This document shows, piece after piece, positions 5,621-5,997 of a stretch of 5,997 nt of DNA. This stretch comes from Octopus sinensis (Eukaryota): positions 1-5,997 of the forward strand of contig NW_021829453.1 of assembly GCF_006345805.1 (NCBI RefSeq). Reading direction: 5' to 3'. Made by a program: the position numbers and the translations under genes. Position 1 is the first letter of the stretch, and every line of letters begins with the position of its first letter. Under the pieces are notes generated by a model. The model ran no database searches, was not told the DNA's origin, and saw only the letters and a list, made by a program, of their open reading frames with translations.

Positions 5621-5897
5621 ACCTCTATTGTTATTCATTTATATCTTATTCTCGAAATCTGCCTTTCGTAAATATTATTGAGCGTATATTTAATATAAAG
5701 TACATGTCTGAATAGCTCAAGAGCGAATTTCTTCACTCAGCTGCGTCTAATTGTCTACATACGCTGCAAGAATATCATTCAGCCGGTACTTACGTACCGA
5801 GTTTGATATTTACATAATATTGTCGTGTGTGTGTATTATTCTGACCTAAAGAAGTGCCTCAATTTAAATACCTAATTCAGCAGAATTTTACTTGTAT

Positions 5898-5921
5898 ACA
5901 CACACACATATATATATATAT
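5898..5921. repeat. Short (CA)n(TA)n microsatellite
   Basis: Direct reading of the sequence. Confidence 0.85.
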
Positions 5922-5997
5922 GACCGCGTGTGTACCGTTGGCGATTTTTTTCCTCTGTCTTCCCTCTCTGGATCTTTCCTTCTCCTCTGTTTCCGAC

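Noticed and set aside
5785-5800. CGGTAC-TTAC-GTACCG hairpin
   Set aside because: An isolated 6-bp stem is within chance expectation and has no supporting context.

Overview
This window looks like eukaryotic, non-coding, repeat-dense DNA. The SINE families and microsatellite load suggest a cephalopod (Octopus-like) genome; this is pattern recognition, not a database hit. No protein-coding gene is confidently supported, and nearly all listed ORFs are translations of microsatellites. It contains two tRNA-derived SINE families (one expanded into a ~184-bp tandem array at 125-742, one present as an inverted pair at 966-1265 and 5347-5620, the latter with a 12-bp TSD), long (ACT/ACC)n, (TG)n and (TA)n tracts, and a 41-bp TA-flanked palindrome. 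The main find is a complete type I hammerhead ribozyme (3945-4014, + strand, intact CUGACGA/GAAA core, GUC site). It sits inside a 351-bp hairpin-rich unit bounded by a perfect 25-bp direct repeat and embedded in (TA)n, which is the architecture expected of a retrozyme-like or Penelope-derived circular RNA element. About 400 bp downstream on the opposite strand is a second, degenerate minimal hammerhead of the Penelope type (4417-4452).
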